Part shown: in pieces, positions 52,701-64,000 of the stretch
How positions within the stretch are numbered: the first letter of the stretch is position 1
How the letters are laid out: the number at the start of each line of letters is the position of its first letter
Source of the DNA: Pecten maximus
Lineage: Eukaryota
Reading direction: 5' to 3'
DNA: 64,000 nucleotides
Assembly: GCF_902652985.1 (NCBI RefSeq)
Contig: NC_047025.1
Coordinates: 27,342,001 to 27,406,000, forward strand
Notes under the pieces: model-generated
What the model saw: only the letters and a program-made list of their open reading frames with translations
What the model was told of the DNA's origin: nothing
Database searches by the model: none
Translations under genes and position numbers: made by a program

Positions 52701-53099
52701 AATCCACTGAAACGCGATTAAAATATACCACAATGTAGATATGCTTACATAGATCGATCAATCGATAAGGTGTTCAAGACGATGGTGTACACAAATGAAG
52801 CAAGTTTTGTAGATAGATAACGTTACTGTACGTAGGATTGATATCTACATTTAGAATCTAAGCTGATTAAGATATTTCTTGTGTCATAGTGAATATCACC
52901 TTCAAAAAGTAAACTTAAAGTAACATATTACGTACTCGCGTCCCTTGACGATACTGTCAATTGTTTCTTTTTTCAAAATACGCATTTTACAGTTCATTTT
53001 CTTGGGAAGACTTTCAGTCGTCGGCTCCATGGTTGATTCACAAATGGAATATGGCGCCTTAGCAACCCTCCAAAAGTCACGTGGCAATTGCTGCGACAT
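46733..53099 (-). CDS. Divergent F-BAR-like coiled-coil plus C-terminal SH3 domain protein (PACSIN/syndapin-like architecture, 580 aa)
   Basis: Ten phase-consistent exons: 53099-52936, 52364-52252, 51232-51103, 50925-50814, 50667-50434, 49553-49441, 49265-49142, 48610-48469, 47800-47351, 46893-46733 (1743 nt). N-terminal DFW motif and ~300 aa of helical/coiled-coil sequence, then a disordered linker, then SH3-like LKALVAHSSSDNDYLRFKKGQKLVQTHKANEEGIAYG...KYGYFSIRQMK. Confidence 0.75.
49680..50150. repeat. Degenerate ~30-bp tandem repeat (GATGTCAGATGAGAAGGGG core)
   Basis: Recurring TGTCAGATGAGAAGGG core within an intron. Confidence 0.6.
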
Positions 53100-54829
53100 C
53101 TATTAACGATATCCACGTAAAAGGGGAGGTAACTCTAAATGACGTCGGGCCTTTGAGACCATGCTACTAAATGGAACTTTTATTTTTGTAAAATGTATAT
53201 TGTATATACAATACATCAGCTAGAAAGAAATGTGTTTAATTAATTTCTTTAATTATTTCGCGTGCGCATATATACATTTTCGATTTTAAGTATGTAAAAC
53301 TGGTGGACAACGCCTAGGGTCAATAATCATCTCAAATTTTGTTTTGTTCCCCCACAAAACATTAAGTAATTAAATAACACGGTAATATATTATCTATACA
53401 AAATGGAGGCAATCCTAAGTTCAAATATTATCACGACAACATCTAACCATACATATGTGACATTTATCTAATATAGAGATCTATATTTCCTTTCCAATTA
53501 ATTACATATATTTGTGTGTGGGAATTTAAAAGAAAAAAGTGATACCTATAAATACAGATATCTTTACTAAAAATATAGCCCCGTTTGAGTTTTCCCCCAT
53601 TTAAACTAAGATATTTTGTATTTTACAAACCGATATTTGTGTTTCTGACATTGTTACAGATCACTGTAAATGAAAAATGAATGCTTTTAATTAAGATACA
53701 GATATCTGAAGGGCATGCCATGGACATAATCAGCCACTTTGCGCATGCATTGAATTTTGTTCGCTGTTAAAATGTAGCATAGCATGCAAAATACAAGCAG
53801 GAATGTACCTAGAGATGTAATATGTTAGTATGCAAGTATAGTGTACATATTTTCAATGTTTTTGTATATATATATATACATGACATGTATATGTAAATCA
53901 AATGTTTCAGACATATCTAGTTTTTGTTTGTAGTTATCTGAATCTGGTAAAATTGCCATGCAGAATACAGGCGATTGGATCTTGATCAAATCTGGCATCC
54001 ACATCAAGTCTTATATAAGGTCTAACAGAAATTATCTCAACTGGTGCTCACATTACCTGTAGTATAAGAGTCTACGTAGAACATCCACAGCCTAGGTGAG
54101 TGCGGACATGTACTTAAGTGACATTTTCGTGCTGCACAGCATGCTTAGGGTGATTGGATTTTGACCAAATTTAGTATGGGGCATTAAGTCATCTAAGAAA
54201 TTATCTCAATTCGGTGCTCAAATGACCCATAGCATAAAAGTCTCAGTAGATTCAATTGAATTTTGATCAACTAGTGACTTTATTTGAGTCAAAGAAAATG
54301 TTTTTACATTGTGCATATGAACATCTTACTAAATAGACGTCATACACCTATTGAACCATTGTAAAGCCATGTGTACCTTAAGATGCACCATAAAAATGTC
54401 AATACTAGATATATCTTATTATGCGTGTATATAGGTATTTTATATGCTTATAATGGACGCAGCTCGCGCGCGTCCTTCCTCTAACTGACCACTGAATGAC
54501 ATTTTATGTTAATCAATGTTACGGCGATCACGCAACATGCACGATACTTAAATCCTCATCCAATAGAAAGCGATGAGCTAATAAAACAGTGATAACAAAA
54601 ATTACAAAACAACAATAAAAAGGGGGAGTTTTTAGATAGTATATAACAACACATGGAAACGTGGAGGAGGGAGATAAAACGAACATATTATTTCGAGTTT
54701 ATGCTTAAAAGTGACATTGCTTATTTTGTGATCCTGGTACCTATACAGTGTTCATTAGGTCAGGAAAATTGCCATCTGACAATACTTTCGTGACCACCTC
54801 GACGGAATCGAAATTTGAGTACGTTTGAA

Positions 54830-55320
54830 GACAGTGACCTGATGGTTTTCGCCTGTGATAAGTGTAATTTGTGCACATTGTTGCACCAGGACCTGGTAAT
54901 TTTCACCTGTGACAGTGTGGTTTATGTATGTTATTTCACAGGGACCTGTGGATCTTCACTTTTTATGGTGATCTGTGTAACTTTTGTAAGTTGTCACACA
55001 GGGACCTGAACATTCTCGCATTTGATCAGCGCAGTTTGTGTAAGAGGGATCTTGCAATATACAACTGGTAAGTGCAGTTCAGGTACATTGTAGCACAGGG
55101 TTCTGAGGAGTCTTGCTTGTGATAAGTATATTTTGTATAAAATGTATCACAGAGACACGAGAACTAAAACCTTTTGATTCTGCCCTGTGAAGAATTCCGT
55201 TTGTGTAGTTCATCTATAAAGTTTGATAAAGTTTTACTTTCGTATGACCTCTTTCGATTGTTCATGGTTGCCACACAGGGACATGAGAAGCTTCGCCTGG
55301 ACATGAAATGTCTGTGCTGT
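54830..55320. repeat. Highly degenerate ~42-bp tandem repeat (CACAGGGACCTG...CCTGTGA core)
   Basis: Recurring ACAGGGACCTG and GCCTGTGA motifs at regular spacing. Confidence 0.45.
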
Positions 55321-56138
55321 GTTGTAACCAGGCAAATTAGAGTTTCTACACTTTTCGCATAATTAGTCATGGCAACCAGACTAAAATCTCTATTTCCATG
55401 AGATTTCATATAATTATATCATAATCTATCAACTTGGCTTTGTTTATGACACACAAATACGATACTCTAATTGTATTAATTAATTTTTATGAAATAGTTT
55501 GTCATTAAGATGTAATGCTTACGATGTAATTTATTTCATCGATAGCATAGTTAAAGTTAAAATGAATCCGAGAACAAAACATTTCAAGGGAGACAAAAAA
55601 AATAAGATCATATTAATGTGACAACACAGATACACGTAGAAAGCTGACTTAGCTCATTATCGTTAGAGAGAAAAAATCGCATTATATCGCAAATGTATAT
55701 CGTCATAACTCGAACCTGTCGTTACAAAGTTAAACTTTCATGTGACAACGCGAAACCAACATGTTTTAATGCGACATTTTCGAGGTATAACGTATATACG
55801 TTGACCATCTGCAATGGCGAACCTACTTCAAACGCTCAAAGTGCTAAGTGACCGCAGTGACCATCTTATAGGTTATATGTTAACGATGTACTGGTCTTTT
55901 TTTTTCTCTCTTTTGCTTCAGCCATACAGACATACCTTCCTCGTCCATTAACATAATGGTCATCCATTACGATTGAACAAGGCATGTAGTCAGTTGTTTT
56001 CCCCGCACACAATAAAAAATATCAAACACATAGAAACAAAACTACTGTACGGTTCCTAATAGATAGGTCGAGTTCCGGCCGTCGTTAAGCAGTGTCCATT
56101 CGACCGGACAAAAGGCTGAAGCAGCGGTCAGAAGGAGC

Positions 56139-59100
56139 ATGAGGACTGGAAGGTAAGCCGCTGTTCTAAAAATCAAATAATTTTGATAACATTCCTTTTA
56201 AAATTGAATCTTTAAATTTAATGAAAAAATGCACCAGAAAAAGTTGGGCATAAAAATATTGTTTTTTTTCTTCCATATTTGATCTAAATTTTAGTACCTT
56301 AGTCTAATTGCTAAATGCATTAACCTTTATGACTACTTTAACAAAACATTGGCTTTCAACACGAAGAAGGCTTAAAATCCATTATCTAAGCCCTTTGGTT
56401 GCCTATTACATCTGACTTAAACTCAATATGACGTCGTCAGTTGTTTGCAAATGTATACAACTCAGCAGTGGGAGGCATTTTAGATCAATTTAGAAATAGA
56501 TAGACTACAGCAAAATTAATGCCGAAGGACCATTAACAGTAGTTCTGACTTGCGATTTTAAAAATTACGTTTTGTGATTCGTTTTGTCATTCGGTATAAT
56601 TTAAATTTATAATTAATATACAAAGTAGTCAGAATCATTCAGACTAAGTATAATTTTGCTTAGATATAGCTAAGCAAACTAGCATTTAAAAATTGGAACA
56701 GTAAAATCATAAGAGAAATAAATAAATGTAAACAGTGTTATTTCTAAAGTAGTTAAGTACAAAAAAGCAACATTTTTCATTAAGATATATCTAGAATCTA
56801 TTTCCTTGTTAATTACATTTATATTTATAAAAAATATTACACCATAATTTAACACATTTAAGTGATGTTTAGGCTGGTGTTCGTTGTTGTTTCTTATATT
56901 ATTGTGGTTGTTGTTTTAATTTTGATTTATATTTGTATCAGTATGCAGTGGCTTCTGGTTATCACCGTGGCAGTGTGTGCATGTACAGCTATTGTCAAGG
57001 CAACTGTGAATACGCATTCATCGACTCTGTATGACAAATGCTTATACAACCAATCAGTTGTCAGTTTAGATTTACCGCCGCTTGCACTTCGACGTGAATG
57101 CATAGAACTGTTTTCATTGGACATTACAAATAATTTGTCAACGTACAACATAACATCAGATGAATCTTTATACATCGAGTCATTACTACGGAAAGTCATA
57201 TCAGACATATCGCCTGGACATCGTGGAAAGCGCCAAATAAATCGATGGAACAGACGAGAAGTGCGAACTTTGTCACCAAGAGAATGGCGAAGGTTCACAA
57301 CACGTCTAAATGTTCTAAAACGTCAGGTTTGTTTCTACCTTTGATACATATATATTAATGTAGTAATACTTTGGCAAAGTGAATCTCGACTACGTGTAAG
57401 TTACATGTACTTTATACACAGTGAAATAGGGGTTTGCAGAATGGTACAATATTTAAAATATTGGGCCGGCGACTTCTCTGTGTTCATATCAGTACGATAG
57501 CTGCTGTTTGGTTTCTGCATTATCGTAAATTCACTTTGCATGGCCGACGAACATCTTGTTTAATAGCCCGAGTTTCCTCTGGCCCTGACACCATGTCTGG
57601 TGTAGGGCCACCAGACATGGTGTCAGGGCAAGAGGAAACTCGGGCTACTTGTTTAATTAAACAAGAATGATATTGCCCATGAAAACTGTATCGACAGAAG
57701 AGACCAAAGCTGCGTTTATCAGGTGTCAGTTCTCTGACCTTCCAAGGGGAAGGGGAGAGGGAGCAGGTATGGTAGTTAATATTCATAACTGTTTTCTTTC
57801 ATCTGTAGCATGCTTAGTTGAGGGAAAGAATGTACGTATTTCAATGCCGTAGACAACAGACCCATTAATCTCCCCGAACAACACGAAGAAGACTTCAAAA
57901 TCCATTCTCTAATCCCCCTTTTTTTTGCTAATTGCATTTGAATTAAAATTAGTCTAATGTTGCCAGTTGTACATGCATAAACAAATATAAGGCTACTATG
58001 ACTACTTCAACAATACGCTGGCTTTCAACACGAATACGGCTTCAAACTTCATTCTCACTTATTCACCGAAATTGTTGCTGTCGGTTGTATGATTTGTTCT
58101 CCGTTTTGTTTCTCGTTACAACATGTATATACTTTTCCTTGTTTGTTATAATCCAAGTTTCGACATTCTGGTTACAGAGACTTGGCAATAGTAACCGGTA
58201 TGATGCCATAGCGAACGTCCACAGAGGAGCCGTGCTGAACTCAGCACACGGCGGGCCTAATTTCCTCGGCTGGCACAGGGTCTACCTTCTAATGTAAGTC
58301 CAGCCATCTAATGAACTGTGATGCGGTTTGTTAGCGAGAAGGGTTTTATAGCAATGGAGTGTAAAGTGGTGGGTATTAGGACCAATCGTAGAAGTAAATA
58401 GGCCATCGACAGCTTAATTGATAGGTATTCGTACACGTTCCTCTTTTGATATTAGGTATGTATAATGAGGTTTACCTATCCGACCACGTGGGTTTTCTTT
58501 GGATATTATGGTTGGCTTTAAATAATCTACCACAACAAGAGCGATCAGTTGATATAACTCGTTGCACACATATTGGGATACAATAAAGTTTATTTTTTGT
58601 CACTGTGTCGTCATTTCCCCCCTTGACGTTGTTACTCGTCATGAACTCTATATGAACAGCGTTGTCCATTACTAAGCAGGTTTCCGTTTTCAGACTCGAA
58701 GCGGCTACTCAATATCCGACGCCATATTGGGACTCCTCACTGGATTTCCACATGTCCGATCCGACTCAGTCTGTGCTATGGTCTGGCGAATTCTTTGGAA
58801 CAGGATTTGGAACAGTAGACGATGGACCATTTGCAAGTTGGATCACGCCGAGCGGAATTTCGTTAGTCCGAAATATAGGCAACGCCGGGAGTCTGATATC
58901 ACAAGATGGCGTCCGTAACGTGCTCAGTCGCACGCGCCATCGAGAGATCGTCGAGCCAAGTCCTAACCCATTGTTTAGTTTGGAGGCGTACCACAACGGA
59001 CCACACGTATGGGTAGACGGCCAGTTGTCGTCACCCATGACGGCCGCACAAGACCCGATCTTCTTTCTGCATCATGCGTTTATCGATTACATATGGGAGT

Positions 59101-59543
59101 TGTTCCGGACTCGCCAAAGAAGGATCGGGATTATGTCGGCCTTCGATTACCCAAGAGTTCAGAACCCGCTTCACCGGCCGGGACGGATAATGGATGGATG
59201 GCCGTTTATCCGAGGACTAAGGAACATCGATGGCTTCAATGAACGCTTTGCTAGAATGACGTCATACTCTCGTTCACCAACTTGTGCAAGATGTTATAAT
59301 CCAACATGGCCGTTTCCGGTTTTACAGTGTGACGTTGGGAATCGACGATGTATTTCTGCACCAGTTCCGCCCCAGGATACGGTAGCATTTGCTAGCGCCA
59401 TGAATAGAGGGAACCAAGTAGCCCGAGCTAGGTCGAGCGTGGAAAGAATAGGCCCCTTGCCAATAGGAGGGAAGTTTGAGTCAGTGTTTACCGACGCCAG
59501 GGTTAGGGGTGATACTCTACCATACGGTCCTGTGAATAACTAA
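56139..59543 (+). CDS. TYR: Secreted tyrosinase / tyrosinase-like protein (~454 aa)
   Basis: Exons 56139-56152 (MRTG, micro-exon, tentative), 56942-57326 (signal MQWLLVITVAVCACTAIVKA; propeptide ending RGKR; RREVRTLSPREW), 58178-58293 (YDAIANVH...SAHGGPNFLGWHRVYL, CuA), 58694-59543 (PYWDS; EAYHNGPHVW; AAQDPIFFLHHAFIDYIWE, CuB). All six copper-binding His are visible. Confidence 0.93.
57564..57647. mobile_element. Palindromic mini-MITE, copy 2 (84 bp) with perfect 9-bp TSD
   Basis: TAGCCCGAGTTTCCTC...GAGGAAACTCGGGCTA flanked by CTTGTTTAA (57555-57563 and 57648-57656), in a tyrosinase intron. Confidence 0.85.
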
Positions 59544-59924
59544 CTCTATGTATATTGTACTTGTTCGCATTAAAAAATATCATAAAAAGTGTGAAGCTGA
59601 TTTGTCGTAATCATAAGAGGGGTGTAAGGCTTTAAGGATGTATGAGGTTTAAAGGTGGGAAGGGGGCGTCGGGCTAATGCAACTTCAGCTGAAGATTCGA
59701 TGTTCGTGGTTCGATACCTACTCGGGGCAGTTTGTGTTTCTTAAGAAGCTGAGATCACGGACTGCCTTGTGCTGTTGTGGTTATGTCTTTGGGCAATTTG
59801 ACTTCCAGCATGTTGTTCAATGATGTTAACACACGTTCCCAAAAGGAGTAAAATAACCATCTAGTAGCAAGCAATACATCTTTGCACCGTGGAATGCATT
59901 CGCTTCAAGAATAACTCAATACAG

Positions 59925-62900
59925 TAGGGTTATCATTAGGGCCATCATTAGGTCATCGGTAGGGCATAACAGAAGGGCATATCAATACGGTCATTAGTAA
60001 GCTTAACAAAAGGGGCAACCTTATGGCACACTGGCGTGGTTATCTGTACGGGATAACAGAAGGGCATAACAATAGAATTATCAGGCCTGGCGGTACGGTC
60101 GTTAGTAGGCAATAATGGTACGGCCACCAGTAGGCTATAACGGTACGGTCACCAGTAGGCCGTAACGGTGTGGTCATGAGTAGGTCGTTACGTTACGGTC
60201 ACCAGTAGGCCATAATGGTGCGGTCACCAGTAGTAGGCCATGCCGGTACGGTCATCAGTAGGCCATGCCGGTACGGTCATCAGTAGGCATTGACGGTACG
60301 GTCACCAGTAGGCTATAACGGTACGGTCATCAGTAGGCCATGCCGGTACGGTCACCAGTAGGCTATAATGGTACGGCCACCAGTAGGCTATAACGGTACG
60401 GTCAACAGTAGGCCATGACGGTACGGTCACCAGTAGGCCATAACGGTACGGTCACCAGTAGGCCATAATGGTACGGTCACCAGTAGGCCATAACGATACG
60501 GTCACCAGTAGGCCATAACGATACGGTCATCATTAGGCTATAACGATACGGTCATCATTAGGCTATAACGGTACGGTCATCAGTAGGCCATGCCGGTACG
60601 GTCATCAGTAGGCCTTGACGGACCGGTCATCAGTAGGTCTTGACGGTATGGTCATCAGTAGGCCATAAGGGCAGGGTTATCAATATGATAAAACAGTCGG
60701 GTTATCGGTAGGCTATAACGGTACGGTCATCAGTAGGCTATAACGGTACGGTCACCAGTAGGCTATAACTGTGCGGTCATCAGTAGGCCATGACGGTACG
60801 GTCACCAGTAGGCCATAATGGTACGGTCACCAGTAGGCTATAACGGTGCGGTCATCAGTAGGCCGTAACGGTACGGTCATCAGTAGGCCGTAACGGTGTG
60901 GTCATGAGTAGGTCGTAACGTTACGGTCGGTAGTAGGGCTTAACAATAAGGGCATGGGTACATGTATGGCACAATAGCATGCTAATAAGTACGGGATAAT
61001 AGCGGGCATAAGGGTATGGTTATAAGTAGGACATAACAGTAAGGTTACCAGTAGGCTATAACGGTAGGGTTATCAATAGGGCTTATCAGTAATATCACCA
61101 TTGGATAACGGTAGGGTTATCAGTAGTGTTGTCATTGGATAACGATAGGGTTACCAATAGGGCTTATAAGTAGTGTTACCATTGGATAACGGTAGGGTTA
61201 TCAATAGGGCTTATCAGTAATATCACCATTGGATAACGGTAGGGTTATCAGTAGTGTTGTCATTGGATAACGGTAGGGTTATCAATAGGGCTTATCAGTA
61301 ATATCACCATTGGATAACGGTAGGGTTATCAGTAGTGTTGTCATTAGATAACGGTAGGGTTATCAATAGGGCTTATAAGTAGTGTTGTCATTAGATAACG
61401 GTAGGGTTATCAATAGGGCTTATCAGTATAGTGTTGTCATTAGATAACGGTAGGGTTATCAATAGGGCTTATAAGTAGTGTTACCATTGGATAACGGTAG
61501 GGTTATCAAAAGGGCTTATCAGTAATGTTACCATTGGATAACGGTAGGGTTATAAGTAGTGTTGTCATTAGATAACGGTAGGGTTATCAATAGGGCTTAT
61601 CAGTATAGTGTTGTCATTGGATAACGGTAGGGTTATCAATAGGGCTTATAAGTAGTGTTACCATTGGATAACGGTAGGGTTATCAAAAGGGCTTATCAGT
61701 AATGTTACCATTGGATAACGGTAGGGTTATAAGTAGTGTTGCCATTGGATAACGGTAGGGTTATCAATAGGGGTTATCAGTAGTGTTGTCATTGGATAAC
61801 GGTAGGGTTATCAATAGGGCTTATCAGTAGTGTTACCATTGGATATAACTGTAGGGTTATCCATAGGGCTTATCAGTAGTGTTGCCATTGGATAACGGTA
61901 GGGTTATCGATAGGGCTTATTAGTATAGTGTTGCCATTGGATAACGGTAGGGTTATCAATAGGGCTTATTAGTATAGTGTTGCCATTGGATAACGGTAGG
62001 GTTATCAATAGCGCTTATCAGTAGTGTTACCATTGGATAACGGTAGGGTTATCAATAGGGCTTATCAGTAGTGTTACCATTGGATAACGGTATATCAGTA
62101 GTGGATACAGTAGGGTTATCAGTAGTGGATAACAGTTGGGATATCAGTACGGGTCGTAGTAGGGTTATCAGTAGAGGATAACAGTAGGGTTATCAGTAGA
62201 GGATAACAGTAGAATTATCAGTAGTGGATAACAGTAGGGTCCTCAATAGAGGATAACAGTTGGATAATCAATAGAGGATAACAGTAGGGTTATCAGTAGT
62301 GGATAACAGTAGGGTTATCAGTAGTGGATAACAGTAGGGTTATCAGTAGAGGATAACAGTTGGATTATCAGTAGTGGATAACAGTTGGATTATCAGTAGT
62401 GGATAACAGTAGGGTTATCAGTAGTGGATAACAGTAGGGTTATCAGTAGTGGATAACAGTTGGATTATCAGTAGTGGATAACAGTAGGGTTATCAGTAGT
62501 GGATAACAGTTGGATTATCAGTAGTGGATAACAGTAGGGGTATCAGTAGTGGATAACAGTAGGGGTATCAGTAGTGGATAACAGTAGGGGTATCAGTAGT
62601 GGATAACAGTTGGATTATCAGTAGTGGATAACAGTAGGGTCATCAGTAGTGGATAACAGTAGGGTCATCAGTAGAGGATAACAGTAGGGTTATCAGTAGA
62701 GGATGACAGTAGGGTTATCAGTAGTGGATAACAGTTGGATTATCAATAGAAGATAACATTAGGGGTATCAGTAGTGGATAACAGTAGGGGTATCAGTAGA
62801 GGATGACAGTAGGGGTATCAGTAGAGGATGACAGTATGGGTATCAGTAGAGGATGACAGTAGGGGTATCAGTAGAGGATGACAGTAGGGGTATCAGTAGA

Positions 62901-63130
62901 GGATAACAGTATGGGTATCAGTAGAGGATGACAGTAGGGGTATCAGTAGAGGATGACAGTAGGGGTATCAGTAGTGGATAACAGTATGGGTATCAGTAGT
63001 GGATAACAGTAGGGTTATCAGTAGTGGATAACAGTAGGGGTATCAGTAGTGGATAACAGTAGGGGTATCAGTAGTGGATAACAGTAGGGGTATCAGTAGT
63101 GGATAACAGTAGGGGTATCAGTAGGGTTAT
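59925..63130. repeat. Compound satellite: 25-bp (CGGTACGGTCACCAGTAGGCCATAA), ~47-bp (GGATAACGGTAGGGTTATCAATAGGGCTTATCAGTAGTGTTACCATT) and 25-bp (CAGTAGGGTTATCAGTAGTGGATAA) blocks
   Basis: Three adjacent, mutually alignable arrays at ~60090-60930, ~61050-62095 and ~62100-63130. Confidence 0.95.
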
Positions 63131-64000
63131 ACCCGAGTGCTATACATATAGACTTAGCAGTGATTGACCTCAACAAACAGCTACATGACTATATATGGGT
63201 AGGGTGGAAGACTACTCGGTCAGTCTGAAGCTCGTTTAGACAGACACTCATGGTGTCTTTTTAACAAGCGAGAGTATTGGTCAATTTTCTTCATACATAT
63301 ACACGTGTGTAGTTGTTTAGATGTGGTCGTCATCTTAATTACATTTAATTATGCAGTTCATCTGTTTAAAAATACACAACTGTAATATATGTATTTCTAA
63401 TTAAATTGTTGGACACCGGTTTCATCTTTACTCACACGTAGAAGGAAATATATTTGATAAGTAATCATATTTTGCCTATACATCATGTAAATGATGATAA
63501 TAAATCGCCTGACACTGCCAGTATGACATTTACTTACATGTGTGCCCTACGTCGATACATATGGTTCAAAGCCCTGTGGTTACCGCGGTACTGACAGAAA
63601 TTTTAAAAAATCTGAAATGCTCGTTATATTGATGGATGAGTCGACAAGATGACGTCATCATTTTTTAAAATGTTTCAACCGATCTAACCAATCGACTAAG
63701 TTTTTATTTGATTCCGTGTCTACTATATTTAGTATCGATTGTCACCGTTACTTAGTATGGTTTCCTGAAAAGATTATCAGTATTATTATGTACATGACAA
63801 CACAGGTGTCTGCATCTAGTTAGTATTTATTGGGGGGAAAAAATATAGACCCTTACTCATATCAGATATATGACAATACATACATGTTTCTGTTCATATA
63901 GTAGGAGTAGGGTCTAATGTTTTATTCCTATAAATGCCTGTGGAGCCACTAATACACTTTTAGTATTTTGCCTTCATTTTAGTGGTCCTCAAGTGCGAAA

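Overview
AT-rich, intron-containing animal genomic DNA. The gene content (secreted tyrosinase, ApoD lipocalins, SINE/Crypton/MITE families) suggests a bivalve mollusc; this is an inference. I rebuilt seven spliced genes by hand with phase-consistent GT/GC-AG junctions. (1) Gene A (+, 5' part outside the window, ends 9249) is a type-I membrane protein. (2,3) A head-to-head pair of apolipoprotein D-like lipocalins (10544-12185 -, 15385-17690 +). (4) A crotonase-fold enoyl-CoA delta-isomerase-like gene ending in the PTS1 signal SKL (21693-23931 +). (5) Gene B (29644-40664 -) is a full-length paralog of gene A with three ~120-aa unnamed repeats, an S/T/G stalk, a TM helix and a repeat tail. (6) A divergent F-BAR-like coiled-coil plus SH3 gene (46733-53099 -). 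(7) A secreted tyrosinase (56139-59543 +). The order A-> <-ApoD | ApoD-> (ECI->) <-B looks like an old inverted duplication of a two-gene module. The most striking feature is a 22-unit, frame-preserving tandem array built from gene B's exon/intron junction, which places an in-frame 5' splice donor in every unit. Introns and intergenic DNA carry decayed mariner, Harbinger/ISL2EU-like, Crypton, LINE and SINE remnants, several MITEs and many minisatellites. Most ORFs in the supplied track are spurious or are exon fragments.
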